A DNA stretch of 59,655 nt, the filler included, from Sphacelaria rigidula (Eukaryota), in NCBI GenBank assembly GCA_964200075.2. It is 9 parts of 9 records of this genome, joined end to end, with 100 filler letters (N's around TTAATTAATTAA, not from the genome) between each part and the next. Parts side by side here need not be neighbours in the genome. Positions count along the whole stretch, not along the records: positions 46,478 to 53,016 come from CAXNAA020019468.1; positions 53,117 to 59,655 come from CAXNAA020019469.1; 7 more parts are not named here. One strand, given 5' to 3'. Each line of letters opens with the position of its first letter. Positions within the stretch are counted from its first letter, which is position 1. The notes beneath the pieces are model-generated. The model was not told where the DNA came from, did not search any database, and saw only the letters and a list, made by a program, of their open reading frames with translations. The position numbers and the translations under genes were made by a program. Positions 49,268-59,655 of the stretch are shown piece by piece.

Positions 49268-49624
49268 TGTGTGTTGTCGTCCGATCTATTCTGGACGCCG
49301 GTCTACACCTTTCGGTGTACGTGGGCGCACCAGCCGGGGTAACACAGGAGGAAGGTCAACACAAGAGTTTTTTTTCTTTTTTGTTTGTTTTTGACACTAC
49401 ACCTTCCTTCTGCGGTGCTTGCCTTTATTTTTGATCGCTAGAGGGGTACAGCAGTCCCTTTCCCTCGTCGACCGTTAAGTCGAATTTTGTGCACCCATGA
49501 TGTAGTCGCTCTCCACTGTTGGGCATGGGGTGAGAAAACATCCCAGATTGCTCCGAGATTTGAATCCACGACCCAACCGTCAGAAGGCTTCGAGGTTACC
49601 AACTGAGCCACGGGGACGACCGGC
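49268..49624 (-). mobile_element. tRNA-derived SINE family 1, near full length
   Basis: The reverse complement aligns along the length of 36099-36450. A-box TGGCTCAGTTGG; B-box-like GGATTCAAATC. Confidence 0.85.
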
Positions 49625-51109
49625 GTACAATGGAATCAGAAAATGGCATTGACTAGGCATGAGTGTTATTGAAACGCCCGTGAGCTCCAGTTGTCCCCAT
49701 CTCCCCTGCCGTATGCACGGAAGACCCTGAAGGTATTTCCCTTCCCCAATTCTACAAACCTAGGCGCCTACGGCGGTCTTCACCCGAGTAGTGCAGAAGA
49801 GATGTTCTCCTTTCATCCGCTGCCAACCATATTGTCATCCCTGCACACTGATATCTATTTCGTCAGGTTCGTGGAGCAGGTAGCGCCACCGCTCAGGATC
49901 AGTCGACATGTCGCCGCTCGGGCCCAGCAGGGTCCCGTCTGGGAGGGCACGTCACAGTTAAAACAGATCATTCTACTCTCAGTGTCGTCGGAAGTGTTCA
50001 GGACATCACCGAAGACAATGTTCGCGTTGTGCACGTCCGGCCTCCGATCTTGCTGTGATACTGTGGACCCGTGACCTTGGCACAAGGGGATACATATTTC
50101 ATGGGCAGCATACCCCCTTTTCTCCCCGGTAGATCCGTGCATTCATGACAATTTTGTGTACTTTGTATCTTGAATGCACAAACCAAAATCCTCAAGTCAT
50201 CGTTCTCCTCTTCAACCTCTCGCTTCGTCCTTTTCTGGTACTCTCTTGGCCCACCCCAGGCGTTCGATCTGTGCACCAACGTCCTCACCACCCCGTACGA
50301 AACGTATCACAATCTGGGCACTTGATACCCGCCATTCCCGTGCACGCGTCATTGTTCACGCGCGTTGTGTTAGCCCAACTGTTTCTTTGTCTTAATGGAC
50401 GAACACAGCAATCGAAATTCAGCATCATCACGGGCTCGTGGTCTTAGCCCTGCAGTAGCAAAGGCCTTGATCGCCGTCAGTTGCTTTCTGGTATCGTTCC
50501 TCCTCCGCAACGTTATTATAAAAAAATACACACCGCGAATAATACAAGGTCAACAGATGCAAAAGACAAAAGTGTACTGAGTTCCACTTTCACAAAGTGA
50601 ATTTGGTTTCTGCTGCAGGTAAAAACTCGACTAACCGGTTTTTTGCGACTACGTTTTTGCGACTGGATTTTCGCAACTTGATTTCTGCGACTCGATTCGT
50701 GCCACATTTCTGAAACCCCTGTTGATTTCGTTTTTTGGGGGATGACTTTGTTAAACAAAAACCAAACGCATCTTGCTCCAAGGGGCACTTGGACACACAG
50801 CAGTTGCTGCCGCCTACCTAGTATCATCCTCCATTTCGAAGTATTGAGTGAGAACCCCAGCGTTTGGTGCCCATGCCCCATACGTGTATGTTTCTCACCT
50901 GTGATTCATGCGGCATTAATCATGGTACATTTTCCGTACCTGCCATTTGTGCGGTATGAATCAAATGTATATGTCTCCTTCCCATCATTTTTACGTCATG
51001 GATCCAATTTGAAAATTGGTTATTGTCTCAGGCCATTTCAGGTTCGGCATTGGATTTATTTCTGTGACAAAAAACTGTCTCGTATTTTTCAGAATATATT
51101 TTCAGATTT

Positions 51110-52930
51110 TGTTTCGTCGCCAGATACGAAAAACTGCAGATCGCGCGTGCGCTGCCATTGCACTAGGTACCAGCGCTTGGCGACAGCTTGTTGGTATCAC
51201 GGGCGCTAGCTGAGCAGAGAAAGTGACTCTAGCGAGCGATTCACTAGCGAGGTGTTGCAGTCGGCAGCATACTGTACACCATGGATGGTGTGTGTGCAAT
51301 TGCTCGGAGAGAAGAAAATCGATCCATAGCGAGAAGAAGCGAGCGATGCTTTTCCCGTTGTGATATTCTTTCGTCGCCAAACACGAAAACTGCAGATCGC
51401 GCGTGAGCTGCCGTTGCACTAGGTACCAGCGCTTGGCGACAGCTTGTTGTTATCACGGGCGCTAGCTGAGCAGAGGAAACGGCCTGAGCAAGCGGTTCAT
51501 CAGCGAGGTGTTGCAGTCGGTAGTATGCTGCACACGATCGACGGTTCGTGGGTGTGTGCAGTCGCTGGGCGAGAAGAAGAAAAGCGATCGCTGGGCGACA
51601 AAATGAAGCGATCGTTGCGCGCGATGCTACTCTGTTTCGATTTGTTTCGTCGCTGCATACGAAAAGAAGTTCCGATTGCTTGTGTTCTGCTGTTCCACTG
51701 GGTACCAGCGCTTGGCAACAGCTTGTTGGTAGCATGGGCGCTAGCTGAGCAGAGAAAGTGGCTCTAACGAGCGATAACCGAGCACGGTGTTGCAGTCGGT
51801 AGAATGCTGTACACGATCGACTGTGCACGGGTGTGTGCAGTCGCTGGGCGAGAACAAGAAAAGCGATCGCTGGGCGAGAAGAACCGACCGATGCTTTTTT
51901 GTTTCGATTTTCTTTCGTCGCGGAATACAAAAAGTGCGGATCGCTTGTGTGCTGCCGTTACACTAGGTCACAGCCCTTGGCAACAGCTTGTTGGTAGCAC
52001 GGGCGCTGGCTGAGCAGAGAAAGCTCTAGCGAGCCATACCCGAGCAAGGTGTTGCAGTCGGCAGCATACTCTACACCATGGATGGTGCAAGGGTGTGTGC
52101 AGTCGCTGAGCGAGAAGGAAAATCGATCCGCCAGCGAGAAGAAGCGAGCGATGCTTTTTCCATCCTGATTTGTTTCGTCGCCAAAAACGAAAACTGCAGA
52201 TCGCGCGTGCGCTGCTGTTGCACTTGGCTGCTGTTGCACTTGGTACCAGCGCTTGACAACAGCTTGTTGGTAGCACGGGCGCTGGCTGAGAAGAGAAAGG
52301 GGCTCTAGCGAGCCAAATCCGAGCAAGGTGTTACAGTCGGCAGCATGCTGTACACTATAGATGGTGCATGGGTATGTGCAGTCGCTGGGCGAGAAGAAAA
52401 ATCGATCCGTGAGCGAGAAGAGAGCGATGCCTTTTTCGTTTTGAGTTTGTTTCATCGCCAAAAACGAAGACTGTAGATCGCGCGTGCGCTGCTGTTGCAC
52501 GAGGTACCAGCGCTTGGCAACAGCTTGTTGGTAGAACGGGGGCTCGCTGAGCAGAGGAAATGGCTCTAGCGAGCGATTCACTAGTAAGGTGTTGCAGTCG
52601 GCAGCATGCTGTACACGATCGATGGTGCGTGGGTGTGTGCAATTGCTGGGCGAGAAGAAGAAGCGATGACTGGGCTGGGCTGGGCTGGGCGAGAAAATGA
52701 AATGATTGTTTCGCGCGATGCTTTTTCCGTTGTGATTTTGTTTCGTCGCTGAAAACGAGAAGAAGTACACATCATCACTCGTGTGCTGCTATCGCAGTCG
52801 GTAACAGCGCTCGGCAACAGCTTATTCGCAGCACGGCCGATAGCTGGGCAGGGGAAGTGGCCACGGCGAGCGATAAGCTAGGAAGGTATTGCAGTTGGCA
52901 GCATGCTGTACACGATCGATGGTGCATGGG
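51110..52930. repeat. Tandem satellite: seven diverged ~260-300-bp units
   Basis: ACAGCTT(G/A)TT recurs at about 51183, 51440, 51718, 51985, 52258, 52520 and 52817. Each unit also carries GGTACCAGCGCTTG-like and GGTGTTGCAGTCGG-like blocks. Confidence 0.93.
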
Positions 52931-52950
52931 TAGCATGCTAGTACACAATG

Positions 52951-53016
52951 ACCGGTCGCCCCGGTGGCTCAGTTGGTAACCTCGAAACCCTCTGACGGTT
53001 GGGTCGTGGTTTCAAT
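52951..53016 (+). mobile_element. SINE family 1 head, cut by the contig end
   Basis: CCGGTCGCCCCGGTGGCTCAGTTGGTAACCTCG...GTTGGGTCGTGG matches 36099 onward. Confidence 0.8.
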
Positions 53017-53339
53017 NNNNNNNNNNNNNNNNNNNNNNNNNNNNNNNNNNNNNNNNNNNNTTAATTAATTAANNNNNNNNNNNNNNNNNNNNNNNNNNNN
53101 NNNNNNNNNNNNNNNNCCAGTCATTGCGAGAGTGTGGGCACTGGGGTCCCTAGCAGTACACTCCAAACATAGTCACCAGGCTATACCCCACCCTTTTTCT
53201 TTTGGGCCAATTTTTTACAGAGGTTTTCTCTCCTTGGGGCCATTATTTTTTCAGAGGTTTTCTCTCCTCTTTTTTCTTCAATGAAAGTGTGTCCGACGGC
53301 AATCGAACCAGCGACTAACGTTTTTGACGATTTTTTCTT

Positions 53340-54830
53340 TGTAACCGTCACGGGAGCATCCGTGGCGGTCTGTGCCGTTTGCGGTCCGTTTTCGAACGGA
53401 ATCTGCAGTTGAGCGCCGCCAAACTGCGAAGACATTTGCTCTAACAACCCCACACCGATCCATGTGAGCGCAGACCCAGAATTCAGAATAACGCGGGCCA
53501 TGAACGAACCTACGGAACCAGGCAAGGAAAGATCTGCGCGTAAGCATTCAGCCTTACGATCGACAGGTACCACCACCCCTGCCGAAGAACCTTGGTCGTA
53601 CCAAGAGTCACCTGGCGCCAGGGCTTCCCTCCAACACTTGGCATCGATAGCTGCGAATCATCGGTCCAACCAGACCAAGTCGCAGAATATGCAGACGGCG
53701 CTGTTAGAGCCGTCGCAGCAGTAGGAGGTGCACCAGACACGGATCCTGCCTGGCTGAGGGATTGTGAGCTATCCGCTCCAGCACTCCTCACCGAAGTATT
53801 GGCATTTCCCACGTACACTGTCCGCCCCGCTACGGACGAACCATGAGATCCAGAGTCACCACCTGATGACGTGGTGGAAGAAACAGCAGCGGAGGAACCA
53901 CCATCGGTCGCCGATTACTTGCTACCGCGGCCGCTGCGGCCGCGTTCCTGATTGGCACGGCCTCGTCCACCTTGACGACCGTCCCGAGATCCTGATAAAT
54001 GTCGGGCATTGCCTTGTACCGCGCCTTGAGCGCGAGGCTTGGGGCGGTCCTTGACCATATGTCCGGTGTCGCCGCAGCTGTAACACGCGCGAGTGGACGA
54101 CTCTCGCGTAGACGTCTGCTATTTCTGTTGCTGTTGGTGTTCGCGGCGCGTACCACCTGCACTTGTTACAGAGCCGCACCGGCCATGTGCTTCGATGAAC
54201 TTCCACTGGTCGGTCGCCTCAAATATATTTTGAACACCACCGTCGGGTTCTTTTTCCAGCCGTCAACATACGTTAGTATACTTCTAACATACGCCTTGAA
54301 TTCCGAAGGCGAAATCCCGTCACCCAAAGCTATGGAAACCGACTCAGCCAGGCCAGGCAACCAAGTCCTGTCCTCCGCCCGGTACATGAATTGCACCATC
54401 AGGTTCTGTGCAAAAAAACGTTCCATATCTGAACTAACCATCATAGCACGATCCTTCACGGACTTTCCATCGCTTTGCTTCATTGTAAGTGCCCTACGCA
54501 GGTCTACTGCAGCCCGCGTAGCGTCACGCTTTCCATCGGTTGTAGTATACCCGGCATGCTGCTTCACAGCATCAAGCAATTCATCGGGGATCATAGCCCG
54601 ACCGTCCTTGTACATGTCTTCGAAGCAGCGGTGAATGTAGACAGGAATGAGTTGCTCTGTGCTTACTCTTTCATGCCGTATAGTTCCTTCTGAATTCACC
54701 AGATTCCACCGCTGTATGTATTCAAGGTATCTTGCGAAAAAAATCCGTGATGCTTCCTCGGCCCATAGTGCACCATGCCTTGGCGGCTGTAGTGGCTCAC
54801 CTAATACCAGCGGCGCTGCCGCCGCTTGAG
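53340..54830 (-). mobile_element. Decayed gypsy gag-protease remnant related to the contig-1 elements
   Basis: ORF 54166-54699 (QLIP, ELLDAVKQHAG, SPSEFKAYV, WKKNP) parallels Gag 4367-5023. ORF 53181-53576 has ILNSGSALT and LQIPF...TATDAPVTVT, parallel to the protease region. Confidence 0.82.
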
Positions 54831-55003
54831 CAATGTCGTCTATGCTTCAAACACTTCACGGAGAGACTCTTGCCTGACTTGTGCGTCCTCCAGCTCACGG
54901 GGCCTTCTCCCAATGCTGTGCGCTTCAAGCTGGTCTCCTCCTGTCTGCGGGCTAAACTGGCTCTTAGCTGCAGCACAATCTCTCCTCAGCCAAAACTCCT
55001 CTG

Positions 55004-55430
55004 AACACGGGATCTTACAAATTGGGGATGGATCTTCAATTGGGGATGAGAAACCCGGAGAATAAAAATCTTCGTATCCACACCAAATCTTCAAAATATG
55101 GTTCCGTTTTTTCACCTACTGCTACACGCCATAGAAATTTGGATTTCGATCACCGAAATGGTGCGGTCTGAGGTGAAAAACAAATTTTGGAACCATTTTG
55201 GCATCCATTGGGACACCCAGGATTCCCCAGAACTGGTTTCTTACCTAGGACCTCAGTCTTTTGAGTATCGATATCCAAATTTGTATGTCGTGTAGTAGTT
55301 GTCAAAAGTTATCAGGTGGTGAAGAAATGGAACCATATTTCGAAGATGTGGTGTGGATACAAAGATTTTAAATCTCCGGGTTTCTCATCCCCAATAAAAG
55401 ATCCATCCCCAATTCGTAAGATCCTGTGTT
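55004..55430. mobile_element. Foldback (near fully palindromic) element, ~427 bp
   Basis: AACACGGGATCTTACAAATTGGGGATGGATCTT...CGTATCCACACC pairs with GGTGTGGATAC...AAGATCCATCCCCAATTCGTAAGATCCTGTGTT. Homologous to 58585-59011. Confidence 0.85.
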
Positions 55431-57672
55431 TCTAACAGAGTGCCGGAATAGTATCTAGATATTTTGGCCTCTATCAGACGTTTTGGACAAGAGGACTACC
55501 CACGAGGGACTCCTCCAGTAGCACTGGCCTCGTGCTCAGTAAGTCCTTTCTTCTCACTTGTTATTATCACGAAGTGATCCTCAACAGACCACATCAAGAG
55601 CTAAACAGCAAGCGGCCACAGAGATAAGGATCATCAATCCAGGATCCCCTGTACCCTGCGACTGCTCCAATCATGCATGCGATTATACTGAAACCTACGG
55701 CTTGGTATCATTTGACTATACGGGGCCTTGATGTAAATTGCCGCATAATTGTGTTAATCGTAGGGAGACGCTTACTGCACACGTGGGCAAATAGCACCCT
55801 GTAGGACGAACTGCACAGGGTTCTCCACAGTCTTTGTAAAAACCCCTGTGCAGCATTTGCAAACCCTAGTACCTGTTATAGCATTTTGCATATCGTTTTT
55901 GTCGAAACCCTGCAAGCAACCCTATGGAGAGGCCTTCCCAATTTTGAAAATTCCTAATTATTTTGGAATAAAATCTGTAAATTATTTCTTTAAATAGCTC
56001 CTCCTGCTGTCCGAGAAAAATCCCCTTTACCCGGTTCGAAACAATTCTTTTTCGCCCATTTCATTTGGGCAAAACATGAATTTATTTCGAACAGCAAAAG
56101 AACCTATTCAAAATAGATATTTTTTCGCCCATTTTAATTGGGCGAAAAAAGGATTTATTTCGAACAGCTTTTTCTGCTGCGCAAATCCCATGCACACTGG
56201 CAGATCTGGAATTTGAACAGCAGAAGAAGCTCCAAATAAATCTTCACTTTCCCCTCCAATTCATCCGGAAACTGTGCAAAAAGAGATTTATTGCGAACAG
56301 CGTCAGGTGGGCATACCCCGCATACTGCACCCTTATCAGCGTATGGAATCCGGCACGCAGAACAAATAGTTGAAAGTAATTCATCCTTTTGCCCCCCAGT
56401 CCATGTATACATGAGCTAAAGGATGAATAAGACTCAACAGATTTTGCTGAAAAGAGATCCAACACACTGATAACGAGTGTATGTCCACACGCCTCCGAGC
56501 TTAGATACGACGCTTCGGCTCAAGGCGTGGATGCTGGAATGACGGTATGTACCTCGCATGTGAGTGTCGCATATTGAAAATATGTGAAAGTACGCCAGGA
56601 TTACTGCTCCAATGTGCCGGGGATATCCCGAATAAATATGCAAACGGGGATGCCCTGAGCCTATTTATTTGTGCATCTAGAATCGTTGGGAACCCCCGAG
56701 CTAGATATAATTTCGCGAAAAAAGTGCACCCCTACCGTAGCATTGGTCATATGAGTTCATATCGCTTATGAAAAACCCGTGGTCCGCAGCCTACCAAAAT
56801 CACTCAATCGAGCATGCTTTTGTTCATGGAGGTTTCTGCTTGATAGTTATTAGAAGCCCAAAGTGTTGGCCATGTTAACAACAAGTCAGGTAGCTCAATG
56901 TGCAACCGGTCGCCATCTCGAGTACGAAATGAAGCGTTCAACTCCTACCGCTGCAATCTCTCGACCGTTTTTTTCTGGCAGTACCATGTCCATGTTGTAT
57001 GGAGTATATTGTATGTGCACTATAAAGGCTGTACAGCATATTAACAACAATGAACAGTACTCGGGGTGACGAAACCTTGTGAAGCGTACTGTGTGGCGCA
57101 AAAAAATACCCTACAGCTAAATCCTCGCGAGAAACACTGCACAGTTTCCCTGAACCCTGTAGACGTGCCCCACAGGGTGTTATCTGTCCCCGTGTTTGGC
57201 AAGCAGAAAGACTTCTCCGCGTGCAATATCCAAACACTGTTGTGCGCTGTTGATTCGTAAATAAGCTAAGCTGTTGTTGTTTGACCTTACTCCAATGTCC
57301 ATATGATCATCAAATGTTGATCAAAATGTGCAGTAAACTCAAGTAGTATACTACACTAAATTCAAGTAGTCTATAACCAAACGAAGATCGAGGAGTTTAA
57401 AATTACACAAGAGTCAAGTAGTAGTCTACTACCACGCTAAATTTAAGTGATTAGCACACACATGCCGCCCGGCGCCCAGTCCCCCCGAATCCTCTTTTTC
57501 TCGATTTTTTCAACGCTTGGAGGTTGTGTTCCTCAAAATAAAAAACTGATGTACTCCTGTCCCATCAAAACAATATTGTTCCGATTTTTCATGACCTCAC
57601 GTTCCATGTCTGTCCGAGTACACGCCTATATTTTGGTCTCAACAAGGTTTTGTGAGATTCAGAATAATAACA

Positions 57673-57940
57673 TGTTTTCGTGAGACTGAGAGGAGAGCGT
57701 TCATTGAGAGTGGGTGCCATCCTTCGTGTGATTTTCTTTGCCTGTAACACTGGCGTTTGCTTGCAGCTACACGTCAGTATCCATCCTACTACTCAGGAAT
57801 TTCAAGAGCTTCAGTGGCAAGCTACAACAGAAGGCGTATCGGGCCTCGTGGAGGGTATTTTCGAGACTGAAACTATTCATTCATGAATTGACCGTTTCTC
57901 ACTCTCAACCATGTCCTCTACTCTCGATCACACGAAAACA
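57673..57940 (+). mobile_element. MITE, copy of 35262-35551
   Basis: TGTTTTCGTGAGA...CACACGAAAACA termini and a shared internal body. Confidence 0.8.
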
Positions 57941-58584
57941 ATAGGGTAAGGCTATTTTCAAGTCGCAAATTAATGTCCAATTCGCGACTTAGAAAAGCCT
58001 TCCCCAAAGCAATATTGAACGTAGCTCACGGTTGAGAGTCAGCTCCAAATTAAAAGATGACTGATTTCGTGTGCTTCATCAACGAACGAAACACTAACGA
58101 GTAACAACAGGAATTATCCGTTTCGTTAAACAAAGAAAGTCATAGAGAGGGTGTTGGCCACATCAACAACCATCGAAACACTCCTCTCCTTAATGCGCCG
58201 CTGTACGTTCGACAGGTTATCATTACACGTCGGACATAACTGTCATTCCTTAAAAAAAACTTCTGACGAATGCGTTGGACGCGGGTGTCGGTATTAACCC
58301 GTCGCACTTCCAAAGAATCGTGTATTGTGGTTTCTTTGCTTTCGGGAATGAGCAATGCTACGGTAGGGGTTGCAATTTTTTTCTGGGTTCTTACGTATAG
58401 GAACCCAAATATATGGGGCTTACTGTGCAACCCAAATCTCTGATGACTGGACTCCCAGGAAGATGGTATTTGCAAGAAAAGATTTTGCCGTGAATCGGCG
58501 CCATTTTCAATATTTTCAAGTAAAAATGATGCCGGTTCTCAAAATGACCCATCCAACACCCCGAGTAGCCCCGAAAAATGTTTT

Positions 58585-59011
58585 AAACATGGGACTTTAC
58601 AAATTAGGGATGGATGTTTTATTGGGGATGAAAATCTGGAGAATGAAAATCTTCGTATCCACACCGAATCTTCGAAGTATGCTTATATTTCTTCACTTGC
58701 TGGTAGCTACTGACAACGCCATACAAATTTCGATTTCGATAGCCGAAATATCGAGGTCCTGGGTGAAAAACCAATTTTGACGGATTTTAGGTGTCGGATC
58801 GGACGCCAAAATTGGTTTTCCATCTAGGACCCGTATATTTCGGTTATCAAAATCTAAATTTGTATGGCGTGTGTAGTTGTTGTCAATAACTACCAGCAAG
58901 TGAAGAAATAGAAGAATACTCCGAAGATTTGGTGTGGATACGAAGGTTTCAATCCTTCGGGTTTTCATCCCCAATAAAAGGTGCATCCTCAATTTGTAAA
59001 ATCCCGTGTTT
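58585..59011. mobile_element. Foldback element, second copy
   Basis: Arms of roughly 190-200 bp are complementary up to CCAATTTTG...CAAAATTGG, around a ~25-bp loop near 58780-58805. Confidence 0.88.
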
Positions 59012-59344
59012 TTAGCTAAAAAAGTGTGACCCCTACCGTGACATTGCTTGAAAATACATCCAACGACTAACTCGTCGGAATGTCGACCGTTTACGCCAGG
59101 GTTAGGAATCAGGGTCATGCAGTAACGAGTCGAGTGAATACCATGCCGGTTTTCAAGAGCTGAGAATTGAATCTAAATCGAACGATATATGCCCTCAATC
59201 TCATGAAGATCTTGTTTCTCGCGGATTGGCGCAACACTCCCGCACCGCGTCGACGCTCGTCCAAAAAACTCCGTGGAATCTCATCCTGCACACGTCCTCG
59301 CTCTTTCAACGATGGAAATCAGATATTTTCAAATAGAAACACCA

Positions 59345-59430
59345 AACGCACTTGGCGAGAATCGAACCCGTGTTCTGCCCGCCATAACAGGGTCAGTTGT
59401 ACCATTAGACCCATCGGGCGTGGCGACTTT
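59345..59430 (-). mobile_element. tRNA-like SINE head
   Basis: Minus strand TGGTCTAATGG (A-box) and GGTTCGATTCTC (B-box), without a proper cloverleaf. Confidence 0.55.
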
Positions 59431-59655
59431 AGATTGATACTTCTTGAAAATATCATATGTCTGCCCACCCCGCCGTCTACTCCCACCTCCCCTTTCCCCC
59501 TTCCCACCTTGAGGTGCCAATTAGAGTTTACCTTCACAAGGTCTACGAGACTCGCACCTCATCAGGATTACAATCAGATATGCCGTTGGAGCCATGCTAC
59601 GATAGGGGGGGTGTACTCATGATCATGCATGCCATAGTCCTACGACCATTGACCT

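Noticed and set aside
51244..52817. ORFs of 228 and 270 aa in the satellite as a repeat protein
   Set aside because: Unit lengths vary by non-multiples of three and frames shift between units, so these ORFs are by-products of the repeat.

Overview
This window is not one locus. It is nine unrelated contigs of 6540 or 6539 bp, joined by identical 100-bp artificial linkers (N-run + TTAATTAATTAA + N-run), so nothing can be inferred across linkers. The DNA is eukaryotic, repeat-dominated and apparently gene-poor; the repeat repertoire reminds me of brown-algal (Phaeophyceae) genomes, but this is unverified inference. I found no intact host gene, rRNA, real tRNA or CRISPR array. Supported content: three decayed Ty3/gypsy elements of one family, two of them head-to-head with ~80-100-bp LTR-like termini; a decayed LTR element with a ~1,400-codon Gag-like ORF and a tRNA-type PBS; a 5'-truncated LINE with a perfect 15-bp TSD plus about five more 3' tails of that family; probable copia and CRE/R2-like remnants; a hAT deletion derivative carrying nested MITEs; tRNA-derived SINEs; several MITE/foldback families; and a ~270-bp satellite. 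The two most interesting patterns are (i) a poly(A)-less LINE whose insertions sit at C/G tracts, and (ii) ~250-330-bp MITEs with unrelated TIRs that share an ACT(A/C)AAATCAAGTAA subterminal motif, some with a telomere-like core. I see no convincing new host-encoded system. All family assignments are by-eye motif recognition, not database searches.
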